From: Actinomycetes bacterium
GTDB lineage: Bacteria; Actinomycetota; Acidimicrobiia; Acidimicrobiales; RAAP-2
Assembly: GCA_021815645.1 (NCBI GenBank)
Contig: JAKBAB010000001.1
Span: 47,974-111,973, forward strand
Length of the DNA: 64,000 nucleotides
Direction of reading: 5' to 3'
Of this stretch, positions 1 through 11,526 are shown one piece after another. Made by a program: the position numbers and the translations under genes. Every line of letters begins with the position of its first letter. Position 1 is the first letter of the stretch. The notes under the pieces are model-generated. The model did not search any database. It had not been told where the DNA came from and saw nothing but the letters and a program-made list of their open reading frames with translations.

Positions 1-280
1 AGTAGTCGCGCCCCCACAGCGCACGAGAAAACCAACCGTCTTCGACGAGCGCCAGGTGCTTCATCATTCCGCCGAGGCTCATCGACGATGCGGCGACGGT
101 AGTGCCGAGTCCTTCTGATCCGAGTCCTTCGCACTTCCACGCGAACGTCGCGCGGTGATAGTCCAGGAAAGCGAGGAGCATCGTTAACTCGTCGGCCGAC
201 TCGGGGGGTTCTCGCCGACCGTGGCGGTCCAACCCGGGCGACACCGCGACTTCGTGGTCACCGTTGTCTTCGGTATCCAT
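1..280 (-). CDS. DinB-like (DUF664) family protein, 5' part; runs off the window edge
   Basis: Manual translation from ATG 280: MDTEDNGDHEVAVSPGLDRHGRREPPESADELTMLLAFLDYHRATFAWKCEGL...SMSLGGMMKHLALVEDGWF. This fits the DUF664 pattern (FLDYHRxT..WKCxGL...LGG++KHLAxVExxWF). Not in the ORF track. Confidence 0.8.
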   Translation of the reverse strand, partial: MDTEDNGDHEVAVSPGLDRHGRREPPESADELTMLLAFLDYHRATFAWKCEGLGSEGLGTTVAASSMSLGGMMKHLALVEDGWFSRALWGRDY

Positions 281-421
281 CGTGTCAGTCAATCTTCTAC
301 CTCCCCGTCACTCCAGGTAAAAGCTACCGCCAGCGTCGCCACGCCGTCGAGAGGGCCGCGGACTAATCGACCACCAAGCCATCTGGGCGATTTACGGGCC
401 AAAAGATGTCATGCTGGCTCC

Positions 422-1471
422 GTGAAGGAAGGGCTAAGTGACGCGGACGAATCGGGGCACTTCCCCCAATTCCGAGACGCCCGCGACGGCGCAGATGTTG
501 AACGACTTGCGACCATAGCCGAGAACTACCGATTTTTTGCGACGCACCAGGCCGCGGGTCGATCGACCGCTTACGAAAAGCTCGCCAACGCCGTGGCCGG
601 CGACCACGACATTTTGAGCTTTCTAAGTGGGCTTCCACCGGCCAAGCGTCAGCCGAATCTCCTATTCGCTTCTTCTCAGTACCTATTGGAGTTTGCGCCC
701 GATCCAGCAACACTGCGCGAACTCGTTCTCGCGCAGTCGGCCAAACTAGGCGCCCTAATGCTTAGCCGACGGACCCAAACCAACGAGGCGGCGCGTTGTG
801 CGCTCTTCTTGCCTGCACTGGCGGCCCTACCTCAGCCGCTCGCCCTAATCGAAGTCGGTGCGGCCGCCGGGCTCACGCTCCTTCCTGATTACTACACGTA
901 CGACTACGGTGACCACAAAATAAAGGGACTTGCTGATAACGCGCCGGTACTCGTTTGTCGCGCATCAAATTCGGTCCCCCTGCCCGATAATGTGCCCACG
1001 GTCAAATGGCGAGCGGGAATTGACGTCAACCCCCTCGACGTCGATAACGAAGAAGACGTCAAGTGGTTGCGCTGTTTACTTTGGCCAGGCGAGGAGGGGC
1101 GCTCGGAAAGACTGAATTCCGCCATCAACGTGGCCCGTCGAGTTCGCCCGTGGATCGAGCGCGGTGACCTTCTTGATGATCTCCCCAGGGTGGCTCAGAT
1201 GGCACCACAGGGTTGCACAGTCGTCGTCTATCACTCGGCGGTACTTACCTACGTTGATATCGATAAGCGCCGGGCCTTCGCCGCGGCCGTCGCCGAACTC
1301 GATGCCGTCTGGCTCTCCCTTGAGGCAGCGGGCGTGCTACCGGCCGTCGACGCTCCGAGCGACAGTGAGCCGGGCTCCCTGTTGGTGCGCGGCGGCAACG
1401 AGGTGCTAGCGACGGCCGACACGCACGGAACGTGGATCAACTGGACCAGTGGGGCGCAAAAAGGGCGGTAA
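422..1471 (+). CDS. DUF2332 family protein (methyltransferase-like fold)
   Basis: Motifs KRQPNLLFA, RRTQTNEAARC, LIEVGAAAGLTL, GIDVNPLD, WLRCLLWP, VVYHSAVLTY. The start is uncertain (GTG 422 chosen; the ORF is open from 221 but that overlaps the divergent DinB gene). Confidence 0.8.
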   Translation: MKEGLSDADESGHFPQFRDARDGADVERLATIAENYRFFATHQAAGRSTAYEKLANAVAGDHDILSFLSGLPPAKRQPNLLFASSQYLLEFAPDPATLRELVLAQSAKLGALMLSRRTQTNEAARCALFLPALAALPQPLALIEVGAAAGLTLLPDYYTYDYGDHKIKGLADNAPVLVCRASNSVPLPDNVPTVKWRAGIDVNPLDVDNEEDVKWLRCLLWPGEEGRSERLNSAINVARRVRPWIERGDLLDDLPRVAQMAPQGCTVVVYHSAVLTYVDIDKRRAFAAAVAELDAVWLSLEAAGVLPAVDAPSDSEPGSLLVRGGNEVLATADTHGTWINWTSGAQKGR

Positions 1472-1532
1472 CCACCATGGAAAGGAAGTTGCCCGCCAAC
1501 GAAATCTTTACCTGCCTGCGTCTTAAAATCTG

Positions 1533-1561
1533 GAGGTGTCTCTGGAGCGTAGCGACACCTC
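1533..1561. terminator. Inverted repeat between convergent genes, possible terminator
   Basis: GAGGTGTC-N13-GACACCTC. Confidence 0.4.
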
Positions 1562-1643
1562 GAATTCGATTGGTGAGACGTCGTGGAGACTCGAACGCCC
1601 GCGTACCTGACCATCTCAGTACCCAACTTAGAGTTGAAAGCAA

Positions 1644-2786
1644 CTAGTTCAAAAGATGTTTGGCGACCACCACGCGCTGGATCTGGTTGGTGCCCTCGTA
1701 GATCTGGGTAATCTTGGCGTCGCGCATGAAGCGTTCGAGGGGAAACTCCTTCGTGTACCCGTATCCCCCTAGGAGTTGCACCGCGTCGGTCGTGACACTC
1801 ATGGCCGTGTCGGACGCGAAGGCCTTCGCCGCTGCCCCTAGGTAAGAAAGGCTCCCGTCGGGATCGCCCGCGTCAATCGTCGCGCAAGCTCGGTACACCA
1901 GGGCCCGCGCAGCCTCCGTACGGATCGCCATGTCGGCCAACATGAACCGCAAACCTTGGAGTTCGCTAATGGGCGCACCGAATGCGCGGCGCGATTTCAT
2001 GTACTCACTCGCGCAGTCAATTGCTCCCTGGGCGATACCGACGGCCTGTGCTCCGATGGTCGGGCGGGAGCGATCGAGCGTGTGCATCGCAATTTTAAAT
2101 CCTTCACCCTCGGCGCCGATCCGGTGGGAGACGGGAACTCGTACCTCTCGGAGCACGACCTCACCCGTGGGTGACGCGCGTAGGCCCAGTTTGTCTTCGT
2201 GCTTGGGGACCACGACGCCCCAATCACGTTCGACCAAAAAACAAGTAATTCCTCGCCGCCCCGCCGCGGGATCGGTCGTGGCGAACACGGTGTAGGTGTC
2301 CGAGACTCCCGCGTTGGTTATCCAGTACTTCGACCCATTCAATACGTAGTCGTCCCCGTCGCGCTCGGCCCGACAGCGAAGTGCGGCCACGTCACTGCCG
2401 GCGTCCGCCTCGGATAGGCAGTAGCTGGCCTGGCTCTCGCCCGAGGCGATCCGCGGCAGGTACTGCTGCTTTAACTCCTCCGAGGCGAAGTTCATGACGG
2501 GGAGCATGCCCAATTTCGAAATGAGGAGGGTTACCGAGGTAGACGCGCACCCCCGCGCGACTTCTTCGGCCATGATGGCCTGGGTAACCATATCCGCGCC
2601 CGCCCCGCCGTACGCCTCGGGCACCGCGAGAGAGGGCAACTCCATCTGTACGCAGGCGTCGAAGCTCAGTTGGGGGAATGTTTGTTCGCGGTCGTAATGG
2701 GCCGCGTGGGGTGCCACCCGTTCGTCGACGAAAGTCCGTAGGACGTCGCGGAAGTTTCGTTGTTCTTCGGAGAGATCAAAACTCAC
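1644..2786 (-). CDS. Acyl-CoA dehydrogenase
   Basis: YCLSEADAGSD, LNGSKYWITN, KLGLRASPT, QLLGGYGY, IYEGTNQIQR. Confidence 0.95.
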   Translation of the reverse strand: MSFDLSEEQRNFRDVLRTFVDERVAPHAAHYDREQTFPQLSFDACVQMELPSLAVPEAYGGAGADMVTQAIMAEEVARGCASTSVTLLISKLGMLPVMNFASEELKQQYLPRIASGESQASYCLSEADAGSDVAALRCRAERDGDDYVLNGSKYWITNAGVSDTYTVFATTDPAAGRRGITCFLVERDWGVVVPKHEDKLGLRASPTGEVVLREVRVPVSHRIGAEGEGFKIAMHTLDRSRPTIGAQAVGIAQGAIDCASEYMKSRRAFGAPISELQGLRFMLADMAIRTEAARALVYRACATIDAGDPDGSLSYLGAAAKAFASDTAMSVTTDAVQLLGGYGYTKEFPLERFMRDAKITQIYEGTNQIQRVVVAKHLLN

Positions 2787-3282
2787 TGTTCTCCTCGCGC
2801 GGGGTGTTCGTCTCGGCGGCAGCGCTCGGTTGGCAATCGTTTATCGCCGCATCAGCGACGGCGTCGACGAACCGACGTTGCGCGGCGTAGCTGCGACTGA
2901 GGCCACAAAACGGCCGCGAGGTCGCTCGCGCCACCGGTATCTCCCGGTACAAATTGAAGTTCGCCATCGCCGCGGTGACGTCACCTAGGGTCGGGCTCCG
3001 CCCGGCGAGACTCGCTCGCTTCGCCGCCACGAGCGCCACGCCCACCACGACGTCGTGGCGGTCGGCCGGTCGTTCAAATCGCAGCGGCGTAACGGCCCGC
3101 TCCGCGAGAGTGAACGCGTACCCCTCACCGGGGGCCGGGGTACCAAAACCCGTGCCCCGCGGGCGGTTGGGGGAACGTTCGAGCCCCCCTTTGTAATTCC
3201 GACCGATCTCGGGGTTAGCGGTGGGCGCGCTGGCGCGAACTTCCCCCGCGCGCGGTACTGGGGAAAAGGAGGGCTGGGCCAC
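2776..3282 (-). CDS. Hypothetical protein, overlaps the acyl-CoA dehydrogenase start
   Basis: 168-aa ORF filling the gap between ilvE and the ACAD gene. Leaderless-type TAACCT-N6-GTG upstream. Confidence 0.7.
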   Translation of the reverse strand: MAQPSFSPVPRAGEVRASAPTANPEIGRNYKGGLERSPNRPRGTGFGTPAPGEGYAFTLAERAVTPLRFERPADRHDVVVGVALVAAKRASLAGRSPTLGDVTAAMANFNLYREIPVARATSRPFCGLSRSYAAQRRFVDAVADAAINDCQPSAAAETNTPREENSEF

Positions 3283-3306
3283 CTAGTGAGGTTACCGCCC
3301 GGCCAG

Positions 3307-4233
3307 TTAGACCCTCGTCAGCCAGTCTTCGTACTGAGGGCGCTCACCGCGCACCGCTTGGTGGTACGTAGTCTCGATCGCGCGCGTTATCGGACCCGGT
3401 CTCCCAGCGCCCACGACGCGGTCGTCCACCGAGGCGACGGGCACGACTTCGACGGCCGTTCCGGTGACGAAGACCTCGTCGGCCAAGTACAGGTCGTCTC
3501 GGCGTAGCGCTTCGAAGGTGACCGAGTAGCCCAAGTCGGCGGCGATCTTAACGATGCTCGACTGAGTAATACCCCGCAGGGCACCGGCCTCCGAGGGCGG
3601 GGGGCTAAAGAGCGCGCCGTCTCGGACAATAAAGAGATTCTCCCCCGTACATTCGCTGACCCGTCCGTCGGGTCCCAGCATTATTGCCTCGTCGTAACCG
3701 GCCCTAACGGCCTCGAGTTTCGCCAGACTCGCGTTCACGTAGCCCCCGATAGTCTTGGCGGCCGTCGGCATCGCGTTCGGGTGGTGGCGCGCCCACGAAG
3801 AGATCTTCATCCGCACACCCTTTTCCACCGCGTCTTCTCCGAGGTACGGGCCCCAGGGCCACGCCGCTATTGACACGTTCACCGGAGCCCCTATGGGGTT
3901 AACGCCCATCTCCCCGTAGCCGAGGTAGACCAGGGGTCGCACGTAGCAGCCCTCGCTGAGGCCGTTCACCCGCACGACGTCCTTCACCGCTTCACATAGT
4001 TCTTTGCTGGAATAGGGAACGTCGATCATCAAGATCTTGCAACTACGCAGTAGTCGCTCCACGTGCTCTTTGAGCCGAAAGACCGCGACCCCGTTGGGCG
4101 TCTTGTAGGCACGAATCCCCTCGAACGCGCCCGAGCCGTAGTGCAGAGTGTGACTAAGGACGTGCACTTTCGCGTCGGACCAGGCGACGAGCGTTCCGTC
4201 CATCCAGATCTGGTCGGTGGGGGTAATGGGCAT
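3307..4233 (-). CDS. ilvE: Branched-chain amino acid aminotransferase
   Basis: LHYGSGAFEGIRAY, AAK (PLP Lys), ECTGENLF, LRGIT, EVFVTGTA. Confidence 0.95.
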   Translation of the reverse strand: MPITPTDQIWMDGTLVAWSDAKVHVLSHTLHYGSGAFEGIRAYKTPNGVAVFRLKEHVERLLRSCKILMIDVPYSSKELCEAVKDVVRVNGLSEGCYVRPLVYLGYGEMGVNPIGAPVNVSIAAWPWGPYLGEDAVEKGVRMKISSWARHHPNAMPTAAKTIGGYVNASLAKLEAVRAGYDEAIMLGPDGRVSECTGENLFIVRDGALFSPPPSEAGALRGITQSSIVKIAADLGYSVTFEALRRDDLYLADEVFVTGTAVEVVPVASVDDRVVGAGRPGPITRAIETTYHQAVRGERPQYEDWLTRV

Positions 4234-5256
4234 TTACAACCTCTCTCGTAGTCGAGCCGTCACGGCCCGCGTGTCGAGCACGCGAACGTCACCGTCAAAT
4301 TCTGCCACCGCTCGAGACAGGCGAGCCGCGTCGTCGTCGTACCCTAGGTGCTCCAGCATCAGCGCGGCCGAGGCGATCGCGGCCAGGGGGTTCGCCCTGC
4401 CGGTCCCCGCGATGTCGTGGGCGGCTCCGTGAACCGGTTCAAAAAGCGACGGGCCGGTCCGCGCGGGGTTGAGGTTGGCGCTGGCGGCGAATCCAATACC
4501 CCCGGTAACCGCTCCCGCGAGATCCGACAGGATGTCGCCAAAGAGGTTGTCCGTAACGATGACGCCGTAGTGCTGGGGTTTCTCGACCAAGTAGATGCAC
4601 GCGGCGTCTACGTGGTGGTAGTCCACATTTACCGCGGGGAACTGCTCGGCCACTTCCGCTACGACTCGCCGCCACAGGTCTCCGGCGTAGGTCAGGACGT
4701 TGGTCTTGTGCACCAGAGTGAGGTGGGGTTCTTCTAAGAGGGCCGCCCGTTCGAAGGCGAAGCGCACGCAGCGCTCGACGCCGAATCGGGTATTTACCGA
4801 ACCTTGGGTGGCCACTTCGTGCGCCGAGGCGTAGCGCAACACTCCCCCCTCGCCGGCGTAAGGGCCCTCGGTATTCTCCCTCACGATCGCGAAGGCGTGG
4901 CCCTGCGCTAGGGAACCCGAGACGCCGCGAAACGGACGGTAGTTCACGTATAGGTCGAGACCGAAACGCAGCCTCAACAAGAGCCCCCGTTCCAATAGGC
5001 CCCCGGGGATCTGGGTGTCGCCGATCGCCGGACCAACGGCACCGAGAAATATGGCGTCGAAGCCCCGCAACTCCTCCAAAGTCGCGTCATCCAAGACGAA
5101 GCCGTCGCGTAGGTAACGCGCCGCTCCGACGTCGTAGTAACTCAGCTCGAGCGCCACTCCCAGGTCCGCGACGACGCTCAGGGCCGCCGCGGTCACCTCC
5201 GGTCCGATGCCGTCTCCGCCCAGTACGGCCACTCGACGACCGCGTGCCTCACCCAT
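4234..5256 (-). CDS. leuB: 3-isopropylmalate dehydrogenase
   Basis: [48 protein letters not shown] 5256 preceded by AAGGAG. Confidence 0.93.
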   Translation of the reverse strand: MGEARGRRVAVLGGDGIGPEVTAAALSVVADLGVALELSYYDVGAARYLRDGFVLDDATLEELRGFDAIFLGAVGPAIGDTQIPGGLLERGLLLRLRFGLDLYVNYRPFRGVSGSLAQGHAFAIVRENTEGPYAGEGGVLRYASAHEVATQGSVNTRFGVERCVRFAFERAALLEEPHLTLVHKTNVLTYAGDLWRRVVAEVAEQFPAVNVDYHHVDAACIYLVEKPQHYGVIVTDNLFGDILSDLAGAVTGGIGFAASANLNPARTGPSLFEPVHGAAHDIAGTGRANPLAAIASAALMLEHLGYDDDAARLSRAVAEFDGDVRVLDTRAVTARLRERL

Positions 5257-5365
5257 GTGTCGCCGCTCCTTTTCCTCCATTTTGCTCACCCGAGACCGGC
5301 GAAGGCAAACCCGCCACGGTAGCGGCCCAGTAGAATTGGCACTCCCGATGATGTGAGGTAGCGGC

Positions 5366-5842
5366 GTGGCCGACGAAATCCACCGAATCACGAAAGAGAC
5401 GCTGGATAAGTTACGCGCCGAGTACAGCGCGCTGACGACAATCGGGCGTACGGAAATAGCGCGAGTCATTGAGGCCGCTCGCCTGCTGGGCGACCTCTCC
5501 GAAAATGGTGACTACCACGCCGCGAAGGACGAGCAGGGCAAGATGGAGTCACGCATTCGCCAGATTGATCACGTCTTACGCAATCACGAACTAGTCGAAC
5601 GAGACGAACACGCCGGCAGAGTCCAGCACGCCTCCATTGCTCGAGTCCTCTACGACGGGGACGGCGCCGACGACGCTCAGGAGTTCTTCATTGGCTCGAT
5701 CGAGGAGCGCCCCGAGGGCGTCCTAGTCGCGTCACCGACGTCACCGCTGGGCGCGGCCCTCTTGGGGAGAGGGGTCGGCGAAACCGTCGAGTACGAAGCC
5801 CCCTCGGGCGTCTTACGCCTGACGATCGTGGGGCTGCGCTGA
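5366..5842 (+). CDS. greA: Transcription elongation factor GreA
   Basis: [16 protein letters not shown] (acidic tip residues intact), [18 protein letters not shown] at 5331 upstream. Confidence 0.93.
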   Translation: MADEIHRITKETLDKLRAEYSALTTIGRTEIARVIEAARLLGDLSENGDYHAAKDEQGKMESRIRQIDHVLRNHELVERDEHAGRVQHASIARVLYDGDGADDAQEFFIGSIEERPEGVLVASPTSPLGAALLGRGVGETVEYEAPSGVLRLTIVGLR

Positions 5843-5843
5843 G

Positions 5844-7250
5844 GTGGCGGGCGCGACCCTCTACGAGAAGATCTGGGCGCGACACGTCGTCACCGAAACG
5901 CCGGGCGAACCGACCCTGCTCTACGTTGATCTCCACCTCGTACACGAAGTCACAAGTCCCCAGGCCTTCGACGGCCTTCGCCTAAACGCCAGGCCGGTCC
6001 GGCGACCGGAGCGAACCCTGGCGACCGCTGACCACAACGTCCCCACCGACCCCCCCTCGGTCCCCGTGGCCGACCCGACCTCGCGCCGTCAACTCGACGC
6101 GCTCGAGGAGAACTGCCGAGAGTTTGGTATAACCCTGTTTCCGCGAGGCCACGAAAACCAAGGGATCGTCCACGTCATCGGACCGGAGCTCGGGGTTACG
6201 CAACCGGGCATGACGATCGTGTGCGGTGATTCGCACACCTCAACGCACGGCGCGCTCGCCGCCCTGGCCTTCGGGATCGGCACGAGCGAAGTCGAACACG
6301 TCCTGGCCACGCAAACCCTCCCCCAGCAGCGTTCGCGCACGATGGCGGTGACCGTCAACGGAACCGCGCCGCCGGGGGTGAGCGCGAAGGACATCGTGCT
6401 GGCGATCGTGGCGCGTCTCGGAACGGGCGGTGGCGCGGGCTACGTAATTGAGTACCGCGGACAGGCGATCTCCGACCTCTCCCTGGAGGGGCGCATGACG
6501 GTGTGCAACATGAGCATAGAGGCCGGGGCGCGCGCTGGACTGGTGGCGGTGGACGAAAAGACGATCGACTACCTGCGTGGGCGAAGCGCGCTCACGCTCG
6601 ACGGCCTCTTCGAAGAGAGGGCGGCTCGTTGGCGCGAACTCGTCTCGGACGACGACGCGCAATTCGACGCCGAGATAGTGCTCGACGCCGCGCAGTTGCG
6701 CCCCCTAGTGACGTGGGGTACGAATCCCGCCCAAGTCGTCGCCCTCGACGGGGTTGTTCCCTCACCCGAGGACTACGACGACGCCGACGAGCGCGCGACG
6801 ACGCGTCGTTCCCTCGAGTACATGGACCTCGTCCCCGGCACGGCAATGCGCGACGTGCGCGTCGACGTCGTATTTATTGGCTCGTGCACGAACTCGCGTA
6901 TTGAGGACCTCCGCGCCGCCGCCGAAGTCGCGGGTCGCGGTACCGTTAGCGCCTCCGTTAGGGCCCTCGTCGTTCCCGGTTCTCACCGCGTTAAAGCCCA
7001 GGCGGAGTTGGAAGGCCTCGACGTGGTATTTCGCAACGCCGGATTCGAGTGGCGCGAGCCGGGCTGCTCAATGTGTCTAGGCATGAATCCCGACCAGCTC
7101 GCGGCGGGTCAGCGCTGCGCGTCGACGTCGAATCGAAACTTCGAGGGACGTCAGGGTCGCGGGGGGCGAACCCACCTAGTTTCACCGGCCGTCGCCGCGG
7201 CCACCGCGCTGCTCGGTCGCTTCGCCACGCCCGACGAGGTGGGAGCGTGA
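5844..7250 (+). CDS. leuC: 3-isopropylmalate dehydratase large subunit
   Basis: [49 protein letters not shown]. Confidence 0.97.
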   Translation: MAGATLYEKIWARHVVTETPGEPTLLYVDLHLVHEVTSPQAFDGLRLNARPVRRPERTLATADHNVPTDPPSVPVADPTSRRQLDALEENCREFGITLFPRGHENQGIVHVIGPELGVTQPGMTIVCGDSHTSTHGALAALAFGIGTSEVEHVLATQTLPQQRSRTMAVTVNGTAPPGVSAKDIVLAIVARLGTGGGAGYVIEYRGQAISDLSLEGRMTVCNMSIEAGARAGLVAVDEKTIDYLRGRSALTLDGLFEERAARWRELVSDDDAQFDAEIVLDAAQLRPLVTWGTNPAQVVALDGVVPSPEDYDDADERATTRRSLEYMDLVPGTAMRDVRVDVVFIGSCTNSRIEDLRAAAEVAGRGTVSASVRALVVPGSHRVKAQAELEGLDVVFRNAGFEWREPGCSMCLGMNPDQLAAGQRCASTSNRNFEGRQGRGGRTHLVSPAVAAATALLGRFATPDEVGA

Positions 7251-7870
7251 AGGAAGTCCACGTCATTGAGGGGCGAGCCGTTCCACTCGAACGATCCGAC
7301 GTCGATACTGATCAGATAATTCCCTCGGAGTGGCTCAAACGAGTCGAACGCACGGGCTTTGGTCGAGGACTCTTCGCCGAATGGCGCGACGACCCTTCCT
7401 TCGTTCTCAACGACGCCCGCTACGTCGGGGCCGTCATCCTCGTCGCCGGAGCCCGCTTCGGGACCGGTTCGTCTCGCGAGCACGCGGTGTGGGCGCTCAT
7501 GGACTACGGTTTCGCCGCCGTCGTCGCCTCTTCCTTCGGCGACATCTTTCAAAATAACTCGGCCAAACAAGGTCTCGTTACCGTGCAACTAACGGCCACC
7601 GAGGTCAGCGAGTTGACCCAAATCATCAGGGACGACCCCGCACGACTCGTCGTGGTTGACGTGGAGCGACGTTGCGTCGAGGTGCCCGCCGCCGGATGGC
7701 GCCGGGAGTTCACTCTGGACGCCATGACCCAGGAACGATTACTCAGGGGTTGGGACGACATCGCCATCACGCTACGGCGAAGTGACGACATCACTCGATT
7801 CGAGTCCACTTCCGACCAGCCCACCGTGGCCGACCTCTTCGGCGACGTCGGTCGCGCCCGCTACGCCTGA
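7247..7870 (+). CDS. leuD: 3-isopropylmalate dehydratase small subunit
   Basis: [32 protein letters not shown] overlaps the leuC stop (GTGA). Confidence 0.95.
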   Translation: MKEVHVIEGRAVPLERSDVDTDQIIPSEWLKRVERTGFGRGLFAEWRDDPSFVLNDARYVGAVILVAGARFGTGSSREHAVWALMDYGFAAVVASSFGDIFQNNSAKQGLVTVQLTATEVSELTQIIRDDPARLVVVDVERRCVEVPAAGWRREFTLDAMTQERLLRGWDDIAITLRRSDDITRFESTSDQPTVADLFGDVGRARYA

Positions 7871-8484
7871 GCCAGAGATACCGCGACCGGGGCGGACGAC
7901 TCGGCCTGGGCGTGACGCCAGCGGGTGAGCAGCGCGATAGCCAGGCTGGCCAATCCGGCGAGACCGGTCGAAGCGAGGGCGGCCCACAGTCGCGCCTGTT
8001 GGTAGTAGATAACCCACAGTGCCGCACCGACGACGTTGATTGACCACATCGCCGCCGACACACCCCCGGCGTGGCGATGGCGTACCAACGCGGCGATCTG
8101 GGGAGTTCGATTGAGGACCATAGCGACGCCGGTACCTAAGACGCCCGCGGACCAACCCCACACCACCGTGGGCGCAACGCACAGTAAAGCGGCGAAGCCG
8201 ACCGAGCGCGCTACGACGGCCAACGAGTGCCAAGGGCGTAGCCGCACGACGATCGCCGCCTGCAGGGGCCAAACGAGCAGACTGCCCAGAACGATGACGG
8301 CGGATCGCTCAACCACGCCGTAGGTGATCCAGAAGGCCCCCATCAGGATAAAGAGCGTCCAAGTGGCCAGGGAGACACCGTCAATTCCCCGTAGGCGGAT
8401 GCGCCAGTACTGTACGGCCGTCCCCCAAAACGCCAGCGCTACCGCCAAAGACCCGCACGCGACGGCGAGGGAGTGGTCAAGCAC
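7861..8484 (-). CDS. Two-repeat PQ-loop / MtN3-SWEET-like membrane transporter
   Basis: Two homologous halves: VQYWRIRLRGIDGVSLATW...WITYG and PQIAALVRHRHAGGVSAAMW...WVIYY. Highly hydrophobic. TACGAT-N6-GTG promoter. Confidence 0.75.
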   Translation of the reverse strand: MLDHSLAVACGSLAVALAFWGTAVQYWRIRLRGIDGVSLATWTLFILMGAFWITYGVVERSAVIVLGSLLVWPLQAAIVVRLRPWHSLAVVARSVGFAALLCVAPTVVWGWSAGVLGTGVAMVLNRTPQIAALVRHRHAGGVSAAMWSINVVGAALWVIYYQQARLWAALASTGLAGLASLAIALLTRWRHAQAESSAPVAVSLAQA

Positions 8485-8509
8485 TCCACCATCGTAATAT
8501 CCCGCGCGC

Positions 8510-10249
<1,740 letters not shown>

Positions 10250-10261
10250 CTACTCGCCCCG

Positions 10262-10294
10262 CTACAGCAGCAGTTCGCTCGGAGTGTTTCTCAT
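10262..10294 (-). promoter_or_regulatory. leuA leader peptide MRNTPSELLL (leucine attenuator), leaderless
   Basis: ATG AGA AAC ACT CCG AGC GAA CTG CTG CTG TAG, with three tandem Leu codons. TAGAGT-N7-ATG. Followed by hairpin 10239-10261 and the terminator. Confidence 0.88.
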
Positions 10295-10356
10295 AGTGAC
10301 CACTCTACCGCCTGTGGGTGATCTGTCCAGAGATAATCCAACTAACCTGAGCCATC

Positions 10357-10509
10357 GTGGGACTGCTCAAAACTTTGGGAAAGTTGGCTCTGCTGCTCTT
10401 TATCGGCGCGCTCGCGGTGGGTGCCGTTACGGCGATGGCGAAACGGCGCGGCGGGGGGCCGGTTTCGGTTGACCAGTGGCCGACCGTCGCGGCCAATCCC
10501 GAGGCTTGA
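10357..10509 (+). CDS. Small (50 aa) single-pass membrane protein
   Basis: MGLLKTLGKLALLLFIGALAVGAVTAMAKRRGGGPVSVDQWPTVAANPEA. TAACCT-N8-GTG. Fills the intergenic gap. Confidence 0.65.
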   Translation: MGLLKTLGKLALLLFIGALAVGAVTAMAKRRGGGPVSVDQWPTVAANPEA

Positions 10510-10541
10510 GCGACCGGCGCTGAGGGTAGAGGGGAAGCTAC

Positions 10542-11522
10542 ATGGCAAAGATGGAGTACCGCCGACTGGGTGGCTCGGGTCTCAAAGTCAGCGTTCTCTC
10601 GCTGGGCAGCTGGGTCACCTTCGCTAACGCGAACCAGATAGAGACGGCCCACCAGGCGGCCGAGTGCCTCGACGCGGCCCACCAGGCGGGGGTCAATTTC
10701 TTCGACAACGCCGAGTCCTACGCCGGCGGAGAGTCCGAGCGGGTCATGGGCGCGGCTATTCGCGAACTCGGGTGGAAGCGACGCGACTACGTGGTGTCAA
10801 CCAAGTTGTTTTGGGGCCTATACGACGGGCCCAATATGCGTAACACCCTGAACCGTAAGTATCTTCGCCAGGCCATCGACGGCTCCCTCGAACGTCTGGG
10901 GCTCGACTTCGTGGACTTGGTGTACTGCCACCGCGCCGACCGCCACACCCCCATCGAAGAGACCGTTTGGGCGATGAGCGACATGGTCACTCGCGGCCAG
11001 GCGCTCTACTGGGGCACCTCTGAGTGGTCGGCCGACGAGATTCGTGCCGCGTACGACGTCGCCGAACGCCACCACCTCCATAAGCCCATCGTCGAACAGC
11101 CCGAGTACAACATCCTCAAGCGTGAGCGCGTCGAAGTGGAGTACGCGCGCCTCTACGAGGATCTGAAACTCGGTACCACCGTATGGTCACCGCTCGCCTC
11201 GGGGCTCCTCACCGGTAAATACCTGAACGGGATTCCGGAGGGATCACGGGCCACGTTGCCCGGATACGAGTGGCTGCGACACCAACTCACCGACGAGGGA
11301 CGTAACCGCAAAGTTGCTGAAGTCAAGAAGATCGCCGACGAACTGGGCGTCTCACTGGCCCAGTTCTCGCTCGCTTGGTGCGTGAAGAATCCTCACGTCT
11401 CGTCGGTGATCACTGGGGCCTCTACCGCCGAGCAGGTACGCGAGAACATGACGGCGCTCGACGCGGTCGCGTTGCTCGACGACGAAGTGATGCAACGCGT
11501 GGACCTCGTCAGCTTGATGTAG
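10542..11522 (+). CDS. Aldo/keto reductase, Kv-beta-like family
   Basis: [52 protein letters not shown]. Confidence 0.93.
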   Translation: MAKMEYRRLGGSGLKVSVLSLGSWVTFANANQIETAHQAAECLDAAHQAGVNFFDNAESYAGGESERVMGAAIRELGWKRRDYVVSTKLFWGLYDGPNMRNTLNRKYLRQAIDGSLERLGLDFVDLVYCHRADRHTPIEETVWAMSDMVTRGQALYWGTSEWSADEIRAAYDVAERHHLHKPIVEQPEYNILKRERVEVEYARLYEDLKLGTTVWSPLASGLLTGKYLNGIPEGSRATLPGYEWLRHQLTDEGRNRKVAEVKKIADELGVSLAQFSLAWCVKNPHVSSVITGASTAEQVRENMTALDAVALLDDEVMQRVDLVSLM

Positions 11523-11526
11523 TTCG

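Noticed and set aside
1571-1612. Intact tRNA gene
   Set aside because: Only TTCGAGT and ACCA resemble a tRNA. No pairing T-stem, anticodon arm or D arm.
5257-5330. Leader peptide/attenuator upstream of leuB
   Set aside because: No Leu-rich uORF or terminator found.
10371-10385. AACTTT-GGG-AAAGTT palindrome as an operator
   Set aside because: It lies inside the 50-aa small ORF and occurs once, so it is likely coincidental.
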